The notes under the pieces are model-generated. The model saw only the letters and a program-made list of their open reading frames with translations. It did no database searches and had not been told where the DNA came from. Below are positions 7,255-15,695 of a stretch of DNA of 32,000 bases, one piece after another. The stretch lies in assembly GCA_017475605.1 (NCBI GenBank), contig JAFVFD010000002.1, positions 30,001 through 62,000 of the forward strand, read 5' to 3'. This stretch comes from Alphaproteobacteria bacterium. GTDB lineage: Bacteria; Pseudomonadota; Alphaproteobacteria; Rs-D84. Position 1 is the first letter of the stretch; every line of letters begins with the position of its first letter. The position numbers and the translations under genes were made by a program.

Positions 7255-10113
7255 TTGAAACGCATGGTTTTAGGGCTTTTTGCGTGTTTGTTTGGTGTGT
7301 TCGTCGTGAACGTGGCGATGGCTGCGTGTACAGAAAATGAAATTGATGTAACCGGTACCGGCAGTCAATGTGAAACAGTAAAATTTACCCTGACAACAAC
7401 GGAATTGGCGGCAAACGGATCATTAAATATATGGATGTCTGCCAAGGGAACATTCTATATTGATTGTGGGAAAAATGGTACGTTGTCTGGTGCCGGAACA
7501 TCTGGTAAAACGCTTACAAAAACAACCAATTTGGTTTCAGAAGTGCAATGTAAATGGTCGTCCGCCGGTGTACACACGATTCGATTTGGTGGAACCGCGA
7601 CGGAATATGCCAGTGTTGGTCTTGATGCATCTTCAACCAATGCGGCGATACAATTTGGTACCAGCACAAATCAGTCAAAAATAGCATCTGTGTCAGGTTC
7701 GTTGGGCGCAATGTTCCCGCAATTGGGATCGGCATCGAACCAAGTTCCAAGTTTTGCATCATTATTTGATGGGGCCAGCAATTTAACATCTATACCATCG
7801 ACATTGTTCAGTGGTTTAACCGGCAGTGCCAACGCAAGGTATATGTTTCATGAAACTTTTTCTGGTTGTACCAGTTTAACATCAATACCGGCGGGATTGT
7901 TTGCGGATATTACCACACCTGCCGAGCATATGTTTAATAAAACGTTTAATGGGGATACTAATTTATCTGGCTTTATACCATGGACTACATTTTCTGGATT
8001 GGTTGCAAATAACAGTCCAACCGTTTCAAATATGTGGGTTAATACATTCCAGGGCACCAATTTGGCTACGGCTTGTCCAACGGGGTCAACCCAATATACA
8101 ACCCAATACGAATCCAGTTGGAACAGCAAAATTTCATGTATTTGTGCCGGCGCATACTTTTTTGATGATGCGCTGAACACATGCACCCCATGTCCAAATG
8201 GCTATGATTATGATACAACCAACGGCAAAACGGATGTAAGCCAGTGCCAAATACAGTGCGCAGCAGGAACATATGTCGAAACCCCTGGTGTATATGGTTT
8301 TACAGTTCTGGAATATTTGGAAAGCCCCGGTGATGCGTACATTGATACGGGGTTCGTGCACAATTCAGACAATATTCGGGGCGAAATTCGTGTTGGGGTA
8401 TCTGAAAATATCGCGTCAAGCAAGAATTTTAATATAATTGGAAACCAAACAGCCAATGAGGGATATTCTGTGGGGTGGGCAGACAATCAGTTTAAAGTAT
8501 GGGTTGTTACCACAGGTCAACGCTTAAGAGGTCCCGATCATCCATTGGTGGCAAATGGCGTGTATGATATTGCGTATGAATTTAAAAATGGTCGGCAATA
8601 CCTGACAGATGGCAGTGATACAAGAGACATGGCACACGATGGTGGAATTGTGACAGACAAGCCTATACACTTGTTCGATAACGGTGTCCAAGAAATGTCT
8701 TATAATTTCAAGGGGCGTGTGTATTGGATACGGTTATATGAAAACAATGTGTTGGTGCATAATTTCCTGCCGGTGCGTCAAGATGGTACAGATCTGATAG
8801 GTATATTTGATACAGTAACAGGAAGCTTCTTTACCAACAGTAATGCCAATAGTCAAAGTGGATTTACATATGGTGGCGATTTAAGCAACACATGTGTTGA
8901 TTCTGGGCGTGGGTATTATGTTGGGCAATCTATAACCAATTTTGGTGATGTCGGCGAACGGATCCCGTGTCCGATTGGTAAGTATTCCAATAGTCTGCGA
9001 GGCACCAGTATCGCATCGTGCCAGAACTGTCAGGGCGCAACATACAACGATGTTACGGGTGCCGCCGAATGTGCCGCATGTCCGGCCGGATATACCGATA
9101 ATATAGACCCAGGTAAAATATCAAAAACACAATGCGAAACCACATGTCCAGGCGGAACGTATATGAGGTCTGATATGATTAATGGACATACAAAGTTAGA
9201 ATATATTGTAGCGGAAGGCAAACAATGGATAAATACTAATATTAATGCATCATCATTGGTAAATCCAATTATGAAATTGACAACGCAATATACCGCTGTT
9301 GAAAAAGGAAAACAAACCGGTGCGAAGAAAAACAATCTTGATTTCAAGGTGGGTATTTCTAATGGCAATGTGTTCTTGTGCCAGGCCGGTGGGGCAAATA
9401 CAGAAACAAAATTTGGTGCCGCTGACACCGCAAAACATACGTTTATATTGGATGCGGGTGCGGGAAAATGTTCCCTGGACGACGAAATCAAAGACTTGGC
9501 TGTTGGCAATTTAACCGATGGACCCATTTCTATCGGGACGGTGAATAATCAATCTGGCAATGCTGGAAAACAAAAAATCTTTGCTTTTACTTTGATAAGC
9601 AACGGCGTAAAGTTACTGGACTTGATTCCAGTGCTTGATGCAAATGGCGTTGCAGGAATGTATGATGAGGCCCACGATCGATTTTACGCCAGTGCCGGAT
9701 CCCAGCCGTTTGTTCAAGGGCCGCGATCAAATTCTAGTGGTTGTATTGATGTTGAACCGGGATATTGGGCGCCAGAAACTGTGTTAGGATATGGGGAAAC
9801 AAGCGATCGTAATGAATGTCCGCTGGGAACAACAACGGTTGGATATGGCCATGGCGCAGACGAGGCATCTGACTGTGGGCGTGTGTTATATATTGCCAAT
9901 GGAAAGTTTTATGCGAAAACAATAAAGCCAACAACACCGGCACTAAACCTTATGACCAATGGGGGCGGTATATTTTACATCTGGGCCAGCCCAACAGACC
10001 ATACATTATCCAACTTGCACCTGGGATCAATGGAAAATCAATATACGGTATATGATGACAGTTTGTTCTATGGTGAACGCGATTTTACGACGGACAATCG
10101 TATAAACAATTAA
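7255..10113 (+). CDS. Large secreted or surface mosaic protein: signal peptide, DUF285-like ~26-residue repeats, ephrin-receptor-like Cys-rich modules, and two copies of a ~180-190-aa LEY...IPV module
   Basis: 952-aa ORF with a TTG start at 7255, about 11 nt after the RBS aaaggggg. Signal peptide is MKRMVLGLFACLFGVFVVNVAMA/AC. Other motifs include YMFHETFSGCTSLTSIPAGLF, HMFNKTFNGDTNL, CTPCPNGYDY, CQNCQGATYNDVTGAAECAACPAGYT and CETTCPGGTY. Confidence 0.8.
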   Translation: MKRMVLGLFACLFGVFVVNVAMAACTENEIDVTGTGSQCETVKFTLTTTELAANGSLNIWMSAKGTFYIDCGKNGTLSGAGTSGKTLTKTTNLVSEVQCKWSSAGVHTIRFGGTATEYASVGLDASSTNAAIQFGTSTNQSKIASVSGSLGAMFPQLGSASNQVPSFASLFDGASNLTSIPSTLFSGLTGSANARYMFHETFSGCTSLTSIPAGLFADITTPAEHMFNKTFNGDTNLSGFIPWTTFSGLVANNSPTVSNMWVNTFQGTNLATACPTGSTQYTTQYESSWNSKISCICAGAYFFDDALNTCTPCPNGYDYDTTNGKTDVSQCQIQCAAGTYVETPGVYGFTVLEYLESPGDAYIDTGFVHNSDNIRGEIRVGVSENIASSKNFNIIGNQTANEGYSVGWADNQFKVWVVTTGQRLRGPDHPLVANGVYDIAYEFKNGRQYLTDGSDTRDMAHDGGIVTDKPIHLFDNGVQEMSYNFKGRVYWIRLYENNVLVHNFLPVRQDGTDLIGIFDTVTGSFFTNSNANSQSGFTYGGDLSNTCVDSGRGYYVGQSITNFGDVGERIPCPIGKYSNSLRGTSIASCQNCQGATYNDVTGAAECAACPAGYTDNIDPGKISKTQCETTCPGGTYMRSDMINGHTKLEYIVAEGKQWINTNINASSLVNPIMKLTTQYTAVEKGKQTGAKKNNLDFKVGISNGNVFLCQAGGANTETKFGAADTAKHTFILDAGAGKCSLDDEIKDLAVGNLTDGPISIGTVNNQSGNAGKQKIFAFTLISNGVKLLDLIPVLDANGVAGMYDEAHDRFYASAGSQPFVQGPRSNSSGCIDVEPGYWAPETVLGYGETSDRNECPLGTTTVGYGHGADEASDCGRVLYIANGKFYAKTIKPTTPALNLMTNGGGIFYIWASPTDHTLSNLHLGSMENQYTVYDDSLFYGERDFTTDNRINN

Positions 10114-10137
10114 ATGATGGCACCTGTCAATTATTTC

Positions 10138-10166
10138 TTTACATTCCGATAATTTTCGTTAATAAT
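10138..10166 (+). promoter_or_regulatory. Candidate sigma70 promoter for the lysS leader
   Basis: TTTACA (10138-10143), then a 17-nt spacer, then AATAAT (10161-10166). I see no comparable promoter in the 29 nt between the downstream terminator and the lysS RBS. Confidence 0.3.
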
Positions 10167-10201
10167 CGGGACTGTGAAACACCAAAAGGCGATAAATAAT
10201 T

Positions 10202-10231
10202 ATGAAATTAAACATAAAAAAATCTTTGTAA
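10202..10231 (+). CDS. Candidate 9-codon leader peptide MKLNIKKSL (3 AAA Lys codons) upstream of lysS
   Basis: atg aaa tta aac ata aaa aaa tct ttg taa. A weak RBS (aaagg) lies 12 nt upstream. It sits 7 nt before a putative antiterminator arm. Speculative. Confidence 0.2.
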   Translation: MKLNIKKSL

Positions 10232-10254
10232 TTGATGGTGCGACCAGAATAATG

Positions 10255-10286
10255 ACGGACGCACCGCTTTGTGCGTCCGTTTTTTA
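10255..10286 (+). terminator. Strong rho-independent terminator or attenuator between the 952-aa gene and lysS
   Basis: Perfect 10-bp stem acggacgcac (10255-10264) / gtgcgtccgt (10271-10280) with loop cgcttt, followed by tttttaat. Confidence 0.8.
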
Positions 10287-10315
10287 ATAACTAATCACAA
10301 CCAGAAGGAACAACG

Positions 10316-11782
10316 ATGTCAGAAAACGCAACAATATCGACGAATGAATTACAGGCCCGTTTACAAAAGGCTGAAAATATCCGCGCGCGTGATGGTGTTG
10401 TATGGAAAGATACATTTGATCGTTCACATACAATTGCGGACGCGCGTAATTTGCCGGATGGAACCGCCGTTAAATTATGTGGACGTGTTACTGCGTTGCG
10501 TTGGTTGGGCAAATTGATGTTTGGCCGTATTTACGATATAAATGGCGAAATTCAGTTTTCTATGTCGCGTGAAGAAATTGGCGAAGAAGATTACAAGTTT
10601 ATGAAGGCCAATGTTGATATGGGCGATTTTATTGGTGTTACCGGTGAATTATACCACACAACTGCGGGCGAATTGACTGTCAAGGTTTCGCACTATGATA
10701 TTCTGTCCAAGGCATTGCGTCCGTTGCCGGAAAAGTTCCATGGCCTTACCGATACCGAGGCACGCTATCGTCAACGTTATTTGGACGTAATTTCGAATCC
10801 TGAATCCCGTAACGCGTTGTTGGGCCGTTTCAAAATGACACAAAACTGGCGGCAATTTATGATTGATAACGGCTTTTTGGAAATTGAAACACCAATTTTA
10901 CAAAATGTTGCGTCTGGGGCGGCGGCAAAGCCTTTTACCACACACCATAACGCGTTGGACGCAGATTTTCAGTTGCGTATTTCGCCGGAATTGTTCTTGA
11001 AAATGGCAATTGGCGCGGGTTTTGACCGCGTGTTCGAAGTTGCAAAAGATTTCCGCAACGAAGGTATGGATGCGATGCACCTGCAAGAATTCACAATGGT
11101 TGAATGGTATGCGGCATATTGGGATTACAAGAAGAATATTGATTTTACATGGCGATTGATTCAACACCTGATTAAATCTGCACGTGGTACATTACAGATT
11201 TCATACCAGGGAACAGAATTAGATTTTTCAAAGTATGAAATGATGGATTACACCGCGAAAATGAATGAATTGTTCGGATGTAATATTTTGGACTTTGATG
11301 ATTTAGATGCGTTAAAGAAGCAACTGGTTGATTCCGGTATGTTCCCGGCCGAAGATTTGGAAAATCTTAATTCTATACCTGTATTGGTGGACTGGGTTTA
11401 CAAACGCAAAATCCGCGACAGTATTGTTAAGCCAACATTCCTGTATAACTATCCAACATATATGGTACCATTGGCGCGACACAGTGATGCCGATGACAGA
11501 TGCCTTGATATGTTCCAATTGTTGGTATGCGGTGCCGAATTGTGCAAGGGGTATTCAGAATTGGTTAACCCAATTCAGCAATTGGCGGCATTTGAACAAC
11601 AGGCCAAAAACATTGCCAACGGCGATGAAGAAGCATTTAACCCAGATAACGACTTTGTGCGCGCGATGGAACATGGTTTCCCACCGATTTCCGGGGTTGG
11701 CCTTGGGGTTGACAGATTGGCCAGCATTATATTTGACCAGCCGACATTACGTGATGTCATATTGTTCCCAATGATGAAATAG
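10316..11782 (+). CDS. lysS: Lysine--tRNA ligase, class II
   Basis: 488 aa with RBS gaagga. It has an OB-fold N-domain and class II motifs (FRNEG, GVGLGVDRL). Confidence 0.9.
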   Translation: MSENATISTNELQARLQKAENIRARDGVVWKDTFDRSHTIADARNLPDGTAVKLCGRVTALRWLGKLMFGRIYDINGEIQFSMSREEIGEEDYKFMKANVDMGDFIGVTGELYHTTAGELTVKVSHYDILSKALRPLPEKFHGLTDTEARYRQRYLDVISNPESRNALLGRFKMTQNWRQFMIDNGFLEIETPILQNVASGAAAKPFTTHHNALDADFQLRISPELFLKMAIGAGFDRVFEVAKDFRNEGMDAMHLQEFTMVEWYAAYWDYKKNIDFTWRLIQHLIKSARGTLQISYQGTELDFSKYEMMDYTAKMNELFGCNILDFDDLDALKKQLVDSGMFPAEDLENLNSIPVLVDWVYKRKIRDSIVKPTFLYNYPTYMVPLARHSDADDRCLDMFQLLVCGAELCKGYSELVNPIQQLAAFEQQAKNIANGDEEAFNPDNDFVRAMEHGFPPISGVGLGVDRLASIIFDQPTLRDVILFPMMK

Positions 11783-11792
11783 GGCAATCAAG

Positions 11793-13190
11793 ATGATTTC
11801 TAAATCTGATACTTTTGCGGTTGATTTAACCGCAGATCACGACAGGAAAAACCTGGCCGATATTGAACACGCACTGGCCGAACACCGTATTAACGAAGAA
11901 GCGGCCGAATACCTGCGGTCCCTGTATTCCGACGGGATGGATTGGTTCCGTGAAGTGTTTCATGTCCTGGGTAAATGCCTTGGCGCGCCCAAGGCACCCG
12001 TTGTGCGTTATGATTATGAAAACGATTGTGGTGTTGATGAACAGATTAAAATATCTGATATTAACCCATTGTCGCCATATCTTGTCCAGCATCGTTTGGA
12101 CATGGACCCAATGCGTAATCAGTTCTTTACGGTTACCGCCGGACACCAGGTTGATTTGTCGGTGTCGTCTATTGTTACGGTTATTGTTGCTGCACAAAAA
12201 CGCACAGAACGCGCACTGGAAAAAATTACGGGAAAATATTATCGGGACTATGTTAACGATGTTGCAACAACCGCTGAACGCGTTATAACTGCGCACGAAC
12301 GCGCGGCATCTGGGCGCGCAATCGCCGAAAAAATACGTGAAGAGTTTTCTGATAAGTTTATAACATCTGCACCAGAAACTGTATTAAAGATTATCGGTCG
12401 CGGCCACGAACAAATTGCCGTAGATTTAGTGCGCGAATTGGATAAAATTGAAAAGCCGCATTTAAGATTGCAAGATGTTTGGCGCGTGAAGTGTTTGTTT
12501 GATTTGGTGCCCCAGGCGCGTACATTCATAGAACGCATCCGCGAAGCGATGCCGGAACGCATTATTTCCATGCGGGACAAGTTTTATGATATGGACAACC
12601 CACGTAATTATCGTGATGCCAAAATTATTTTGAATATTGGGCATGACGGCGGGCCGGTTATACCAATGGAAATTATATGCCAGGTGCGTACGTTCTTTGA
12701 ATTTGAACGCATGACGCACATTCAATATGAACGCGCGCGCAAACGCAAAAACGCGGCCAGTGATAACATAGAACGCAAATTGGCAGATTATATGGAAGAT
12801 GGCATCAAAGAATACAACCTTATGATTTGTCGCTGTGTCGAGGCTTTGTTTGACCGCGTTGGGTGGAATATTTTGTATGAACGCGGAATCGGCATGTCGC
12901 TTTTCGAAGGGTTCCCAAAGAATTGCACCTTGTATTATCCGCAAAAGATGTTGGATATCATTACCGATAAATTGGATAACGCGATTGAAAACGAAGTGTT
13001 TCGCCTTACCACTTCGCCCGCGAAATTAACCCAGGCCCAAACAAGCGAAATCTTTCACTTTATGGCGCGGTTTATTTTGGTTGCGGCGATGCCATATCGT
13101 AAATCGGCATGGTCTGCGCCGACGAATACACCGGCGGGCAAATTATTTAATTTCGTTATGAAGGAAGTTCAACGTTATTACAAACAATAA
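11793..13190 (+). CDS. Hypothetical protein with a possible divergent RelA/SpoT-like (RSH) nucleotidyltransferase core
   Basis: 465-aa ORF. Residues 228-318 (nt 12474-12746) read DVWRVKCLFDLV ... NPRNYRDAKIILNI ... PMEIICQVRTFFEFERMTHIQYE. This parallels the RSH synthetase motifs DxxGxR(I/V), GYRSxH and EIQIRT...H..YK. The match was made by eye only. Confidence 0.35.
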   Translation: MISKSDTFAVDLTADHDRKNLADIEHALAEHRINEEAAEYLRSLYSDGMDWFREVFHVLGKCLGAPKAPVVRYDYENDCGVDEQIKISDINPLSPYLVQHRLDMDPMRNQFFTVTAGHQVDLSVSSIVTVIVAAQKRTERALEKITGKYYRDYVNDVATTAERVITAHERAASGRAIAEKIREEFSDKFITSAPETVLKIIGRGHEQIAVDLVRELDKIEKPHLRLQDVWRVKCLFDLVPQARTFIERIREAMPERIISMRDKFYDMDNPRNYRDAKIILNIGHDGGPVIPMEIICQVRTFFEFERMTHIQYERARKRKNAASDNIERKLADYMEDGIKEYNLMICRCVEALFDRVGWNILYERGIGMSLFEGFPKNCTLYYPQKMLDIITDKLDNAIENEVFRLTTSPAKLTQAQTSEIFHFMARFILVAAMPYRKSAWSAPTNTPAGKLFNFVMKEVQRYYKQ

Positions 13191-13214
13191 TGTGTTGAAA
13201 ATACTTAAAATATA

Positions 13215-13260
13215 CAATCGCCCCATGGGAAATAAATCGTACAGGGGCGATTGTTTTTTT
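13215..13260 (+). terminator. Rho-independent terminator after 11793-13190
   Basis: Perfect 10-bp stem caatcgcccc (13215-13224) / ggggcgattg (13244-13253) with a 19-nt loop, followed by 7 T. Confidence 0.6.
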
Positions 13261-13349
13261 CTTGTGTTAGTTTTAATATTGCGCAACAATGAAATCAGGT
13301 TCATGGACAGTTACCCAGAACCATAACAAGCATAAGAAAGGAAACGATT

Positions 13350-13691
13350 ATGCGTCAAGGGAAAGTAAAATGGTATAATGGCAAAAAATGTTTCGGCTTT
13401 ATTACGCCGGACGCGCCAAATGAAAACGGAAACACAGATGATGTATTTGTTCATTCCAGTGCATTAAAAGCAGCGGGTATCAGATTCTTGAATGAAAACG
13501 ATATCGTTGAATTCGAAGAAGAAGTCCGTAATGACAAATTGTCGGTAACAACATTGAAATTGATTCAGCGTGACGAAGAATCGGCACGTCTGTTCCACGA
13601 ACGTCGCGCGGAACGTCGCCGCGCCGCCGAAGACCGAAAACAGCGCGAAGAAAAATCAACGCGCCATGGATTCGCGTTCTGGAAAAAATAA
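13350..13691 (+). CDS. Cold-shock domain protein with an Arg/Glu-rich C-terminal tail
   Basis: 113 aa. CSD motifs are GKVKWYNGKKCFGFI (RNP1-like) and VFVHSS (RNP2-like). The ~40-aa tail is ERRAERRRAAEDRKQREEK. Confidence 0.85.
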   Translation: MRQGKVKWYNGKKCFGFITPDAPNENGNTDDVFVHSSALKAAGIRFLNENDIVEFEEEVRNDKLSVTTLKLIQRDEESARLFHERRAERRRAAEDRKQREEKSTRHGFAFWKK

Positions 13692-13693
13692 TC

Positions 13694-13718
13694 AAAAACG
13701 CCCGGTTGGGCGTTTTTA
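13694..13718 (+). terminator. Rho-independent terminator after the csp gene
   Basis: Hairpin acgccc-ggtt-gggcgt at 13698-13713, followed by ttttt. Confidence 0.75.
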
Positions 13719-13819
13719 ATTGAAAAAATTACGCTGTTGAATTATAATAAAAACAGGCAAAGGATAAATAAATGATTATGAAAGAAGTTGATGAATAATT
13801 TTTAACAAAAGGATTTATT

Positions 13820-14362
13820 ATGTGGACAGCAATTGCGATTGTTGCAGTGATTTTGTTGTATTTTGTTGGTGTTTATAATGGTCTGATTTCTCGTCGAAAC
13901 CAGGTACGTGAAGCGTGGGCGACAATTGATACCCAATTAAAACGTCGTTATGATTTGATACCTAATTTAATGGAAACAGTGTCGGGTGCGGCAAAACACG
14001 AAAAAGAAACATTGAATGCGGTAATTTCTGCGCGTAATGTGGCGATGAAGGCAACGGATGCCGGTGCGCGCGGTATGGCGGAAAATGCGCTTTCTGGGGC
14101 ATTAAAGAATATTTTTGCGTTGGCGGAAAATTACCCTGATTTAAAGGCAAATGAGAACTTTTTGGAATTACAACGCGAATTGGCGGATACAGAAACCAAG
14201 ATTCAGGCGGCGCGCCAGTTTTATAATACCGTTGTAATGGGGCTTAATAACGCGGTTGAACAATTCCCATCGAACATTATTGCGCGTATGTTTGGAATCG
14301 GAACCGAAAAGTTATTTGAAGCGGATGCATCCGAACGCGTTGCCCCGCGGGTAAAGTTTTAA
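13820..14362 (+). CDS. lemA: LemA family membrane protein
   Basis: 180 aa with an N-terminal TM segment. The LemA pattern NGLISRRNQVREAWATIDTQLKRRYDLIPNL is present. Confidence 0.85.
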   Translation: MWTAIAIVAVILLYFVGVYNGLISRRNQVREAWATIDTQLKRRYDLIPNLMETVSGAAKHEKETLNAVISARNVAMKATDAGARGMAENALSGALKNIFALAENYPDLKANENFLELQRELADTETKIQAARQFYNTVVMGLNNAVEQFPSNIIARMFGIGTEKLFEADASERVAPRVKF

Positions 14363-14524
14363 TAGAAAATACGCAGATTTTCCTTGATTTTACATAAAAA
14401 ACAGTATAAACTGCGTTCCGCTGAGTAATCAGAACTGATTAAGTCATGGTGTCTTTTGGTCCCATGTATGATAAGGATTCTGTTAAAATATTCGGCACCG
14501 AAAAACCAAAAAAAAGGATAAATT

Positions 14525-15157
14525 ATGGCAAGAATGGGCGCAAAACGTAATACGCGCAAATTGAAAATCGGACGTTCGCTGGGTGTCAATCTGTGGGGCC
14601 AGGCGAAATCTCCATTTAACAAACGTAAATATAAACCGGGCCAGCATGGTCCAACATCCCGCGGTGGTAATTCGTCTGATTACGCAAAGCAGATGCGCGC
14701 GAAACAGACATTAAAGGGTTACTATGGCAACATCGGTGAAAAGAAGTTCCACGCATACTATGCCGAAGCGGACAATATGCGCGGCGACACACCGGATAAT
14801 TTGATTGGCTTGCTGGAACGCCGTTTGGACGCAGTTGTATATCGTGCGAAATTGGCACCAACTGTTTTCTCGGCACGTCAATTGGTCAGCCATGGTCATA
14901 TTTATGTCAATGGCAAACGCGTTAAAATCGCTTCATATCAGGTAAAACCAGGCGATGTTATCACAGTAAGTGAAAAAGCAAAACAGATGCCGTTGGTCGT
15001 TTTGGCATTGGAAGCAGGGGATCGCGAATTCCCAGAATACATCAATGTTGACAGTGCGAATTTCACTGCGACATACGTTCGTGTTCCGGCATTTGCAGAT
15101 GTTCCATATCCTGTACAAATGTTTCCAGAACTGGTCGTCGAATTCTATTCTCGTTAA
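14525..15157 (+). CDS. rpsD: 30S ribosomal protein S4
   Basis: 210 aa. Motifs [20 protein letters not shown], and an S4 RNA-binding domain ([33 protein letters not shown]). Confidence 0.9.
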   Translation: MARMGAKRNTRKLKIGRSLGVNLWGQAKSPFNKRKYKPGQHGPTSRGGNSSDYAKQMRAKQTLKGYYGNIGEKKFHAYYAEADNMRGDTPDNLIGLLERRLDAVVYRAKLAPTVFSARQLVSHGHIYVNGKRVKIASYQVKPGDVITVSEKAKQMPLVVLALEAGDREFPEYINVDSANFTATYVRVPAFADVPYPVQMFPELVVEFYSR

Positions 15158-15176
15158 TAGAACGGGAGAAGAACAG

Positions 15177-15208
15177 AAAAATCACCGCATTTGCGGTGAT
15201 TTTTTGTT
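15177..15208. terminator. Bidirectional terminator between rpsD (+) and smpB (-)
   Basis: Perfect 8-bp stem atcaccgc / gcggtgat (15181-15200) with loop attt. An A-run precedes it and a T-run follows. Confidence 0.75.
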
Positions 15209-15223
15209 TACAATGGAAAATAT

Positions 15224-15694
15224 TTATTTTCCCTTTAATATGCGTGATTTATTGCGTTCCCATTCGCGCTGTTTAATTGTTTCGCGTTTGTCGGCGCGTT
15301 GCTTACCATGACCGATACCCAGCAAAACCTTTAATTTTCCGCGATTATTAAAGTATAACTTTAACGGAACAATTGTCGCGCCTTTTTCCTGTAATTGCCC
15401 AATCATGCGGTTTATTTGACTGCGGTGTAATAATAACTGGCGCGGGCGACGTTCATCAAAGTTCACAATACGTGCGGCGGTTGGTAATTTCTGGATTTCA
15501 ACACCCGCCATAAAAAGATTATCGCCACGACGTTGAACAAAACCATCAACAATCGTTACCAGCCCATAACGCACAGATTTGATTTCCGCCCCGGTCATGG
15601 CAAGGCCAGCCTCTATCGTGTCTTCAATAGAGTAATTAAACCGCGCCTTGCGGTTTTCGGAAACTTGGCCAAACTTTATCAAACTGCGTGTCAT
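15224..15694 (-). CDS. smpB: SsrA-binding protein SmpB
   Basis: 156 aa. Motifs NRKARFNY, GTEIKS-like (GAEIKSVR), LLLHRSQI and KLKVLLGIGHGK. Confidence 0.9.
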   Translation of the reverse strand: MTRSLIKFGQVSENRKARFNYSIEDTIEAGLAMTGAEIKSVRYGLVTIVDGFVQRRGDNLFMAGVEIQKLPTAARIVNFDERRPRQLLLHRSQINRMIGQLQEKGATIVPLKLYFNNRGKLKVLLGIGHGKQRADKRETIKQREWERNKSRILKGK

Positions 15695-15695
15695 T

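Noticed and set aside
9030-9527. 165-aa minus-strand ORF inside the 952-aa gene
   Set aside because: It is antisense to a well-supported long ORF and has no motif or start-site context.
10232-10286. T-box riboswitch upstream of lysS (ggtgcgacc resembles part of the T-box GGUGG.ACCGCG, and tggt could pair with a tRNA ACCA end)
   Set aside because: The leader is far too short for a Stem I or specifier loop, no AGAGA or GA-motif elements are visible, and T-boxes are not expected in this apparent lineage. I kept only the generic terminator/antiterminator observation.
13773-13799. Mini-ORF MIMKEVDE upstream of lemA
   Set aside because: It has no associated alternative RNA structure, RBS or terminator, so it is probably a chance ORF in AT-rich DNA.
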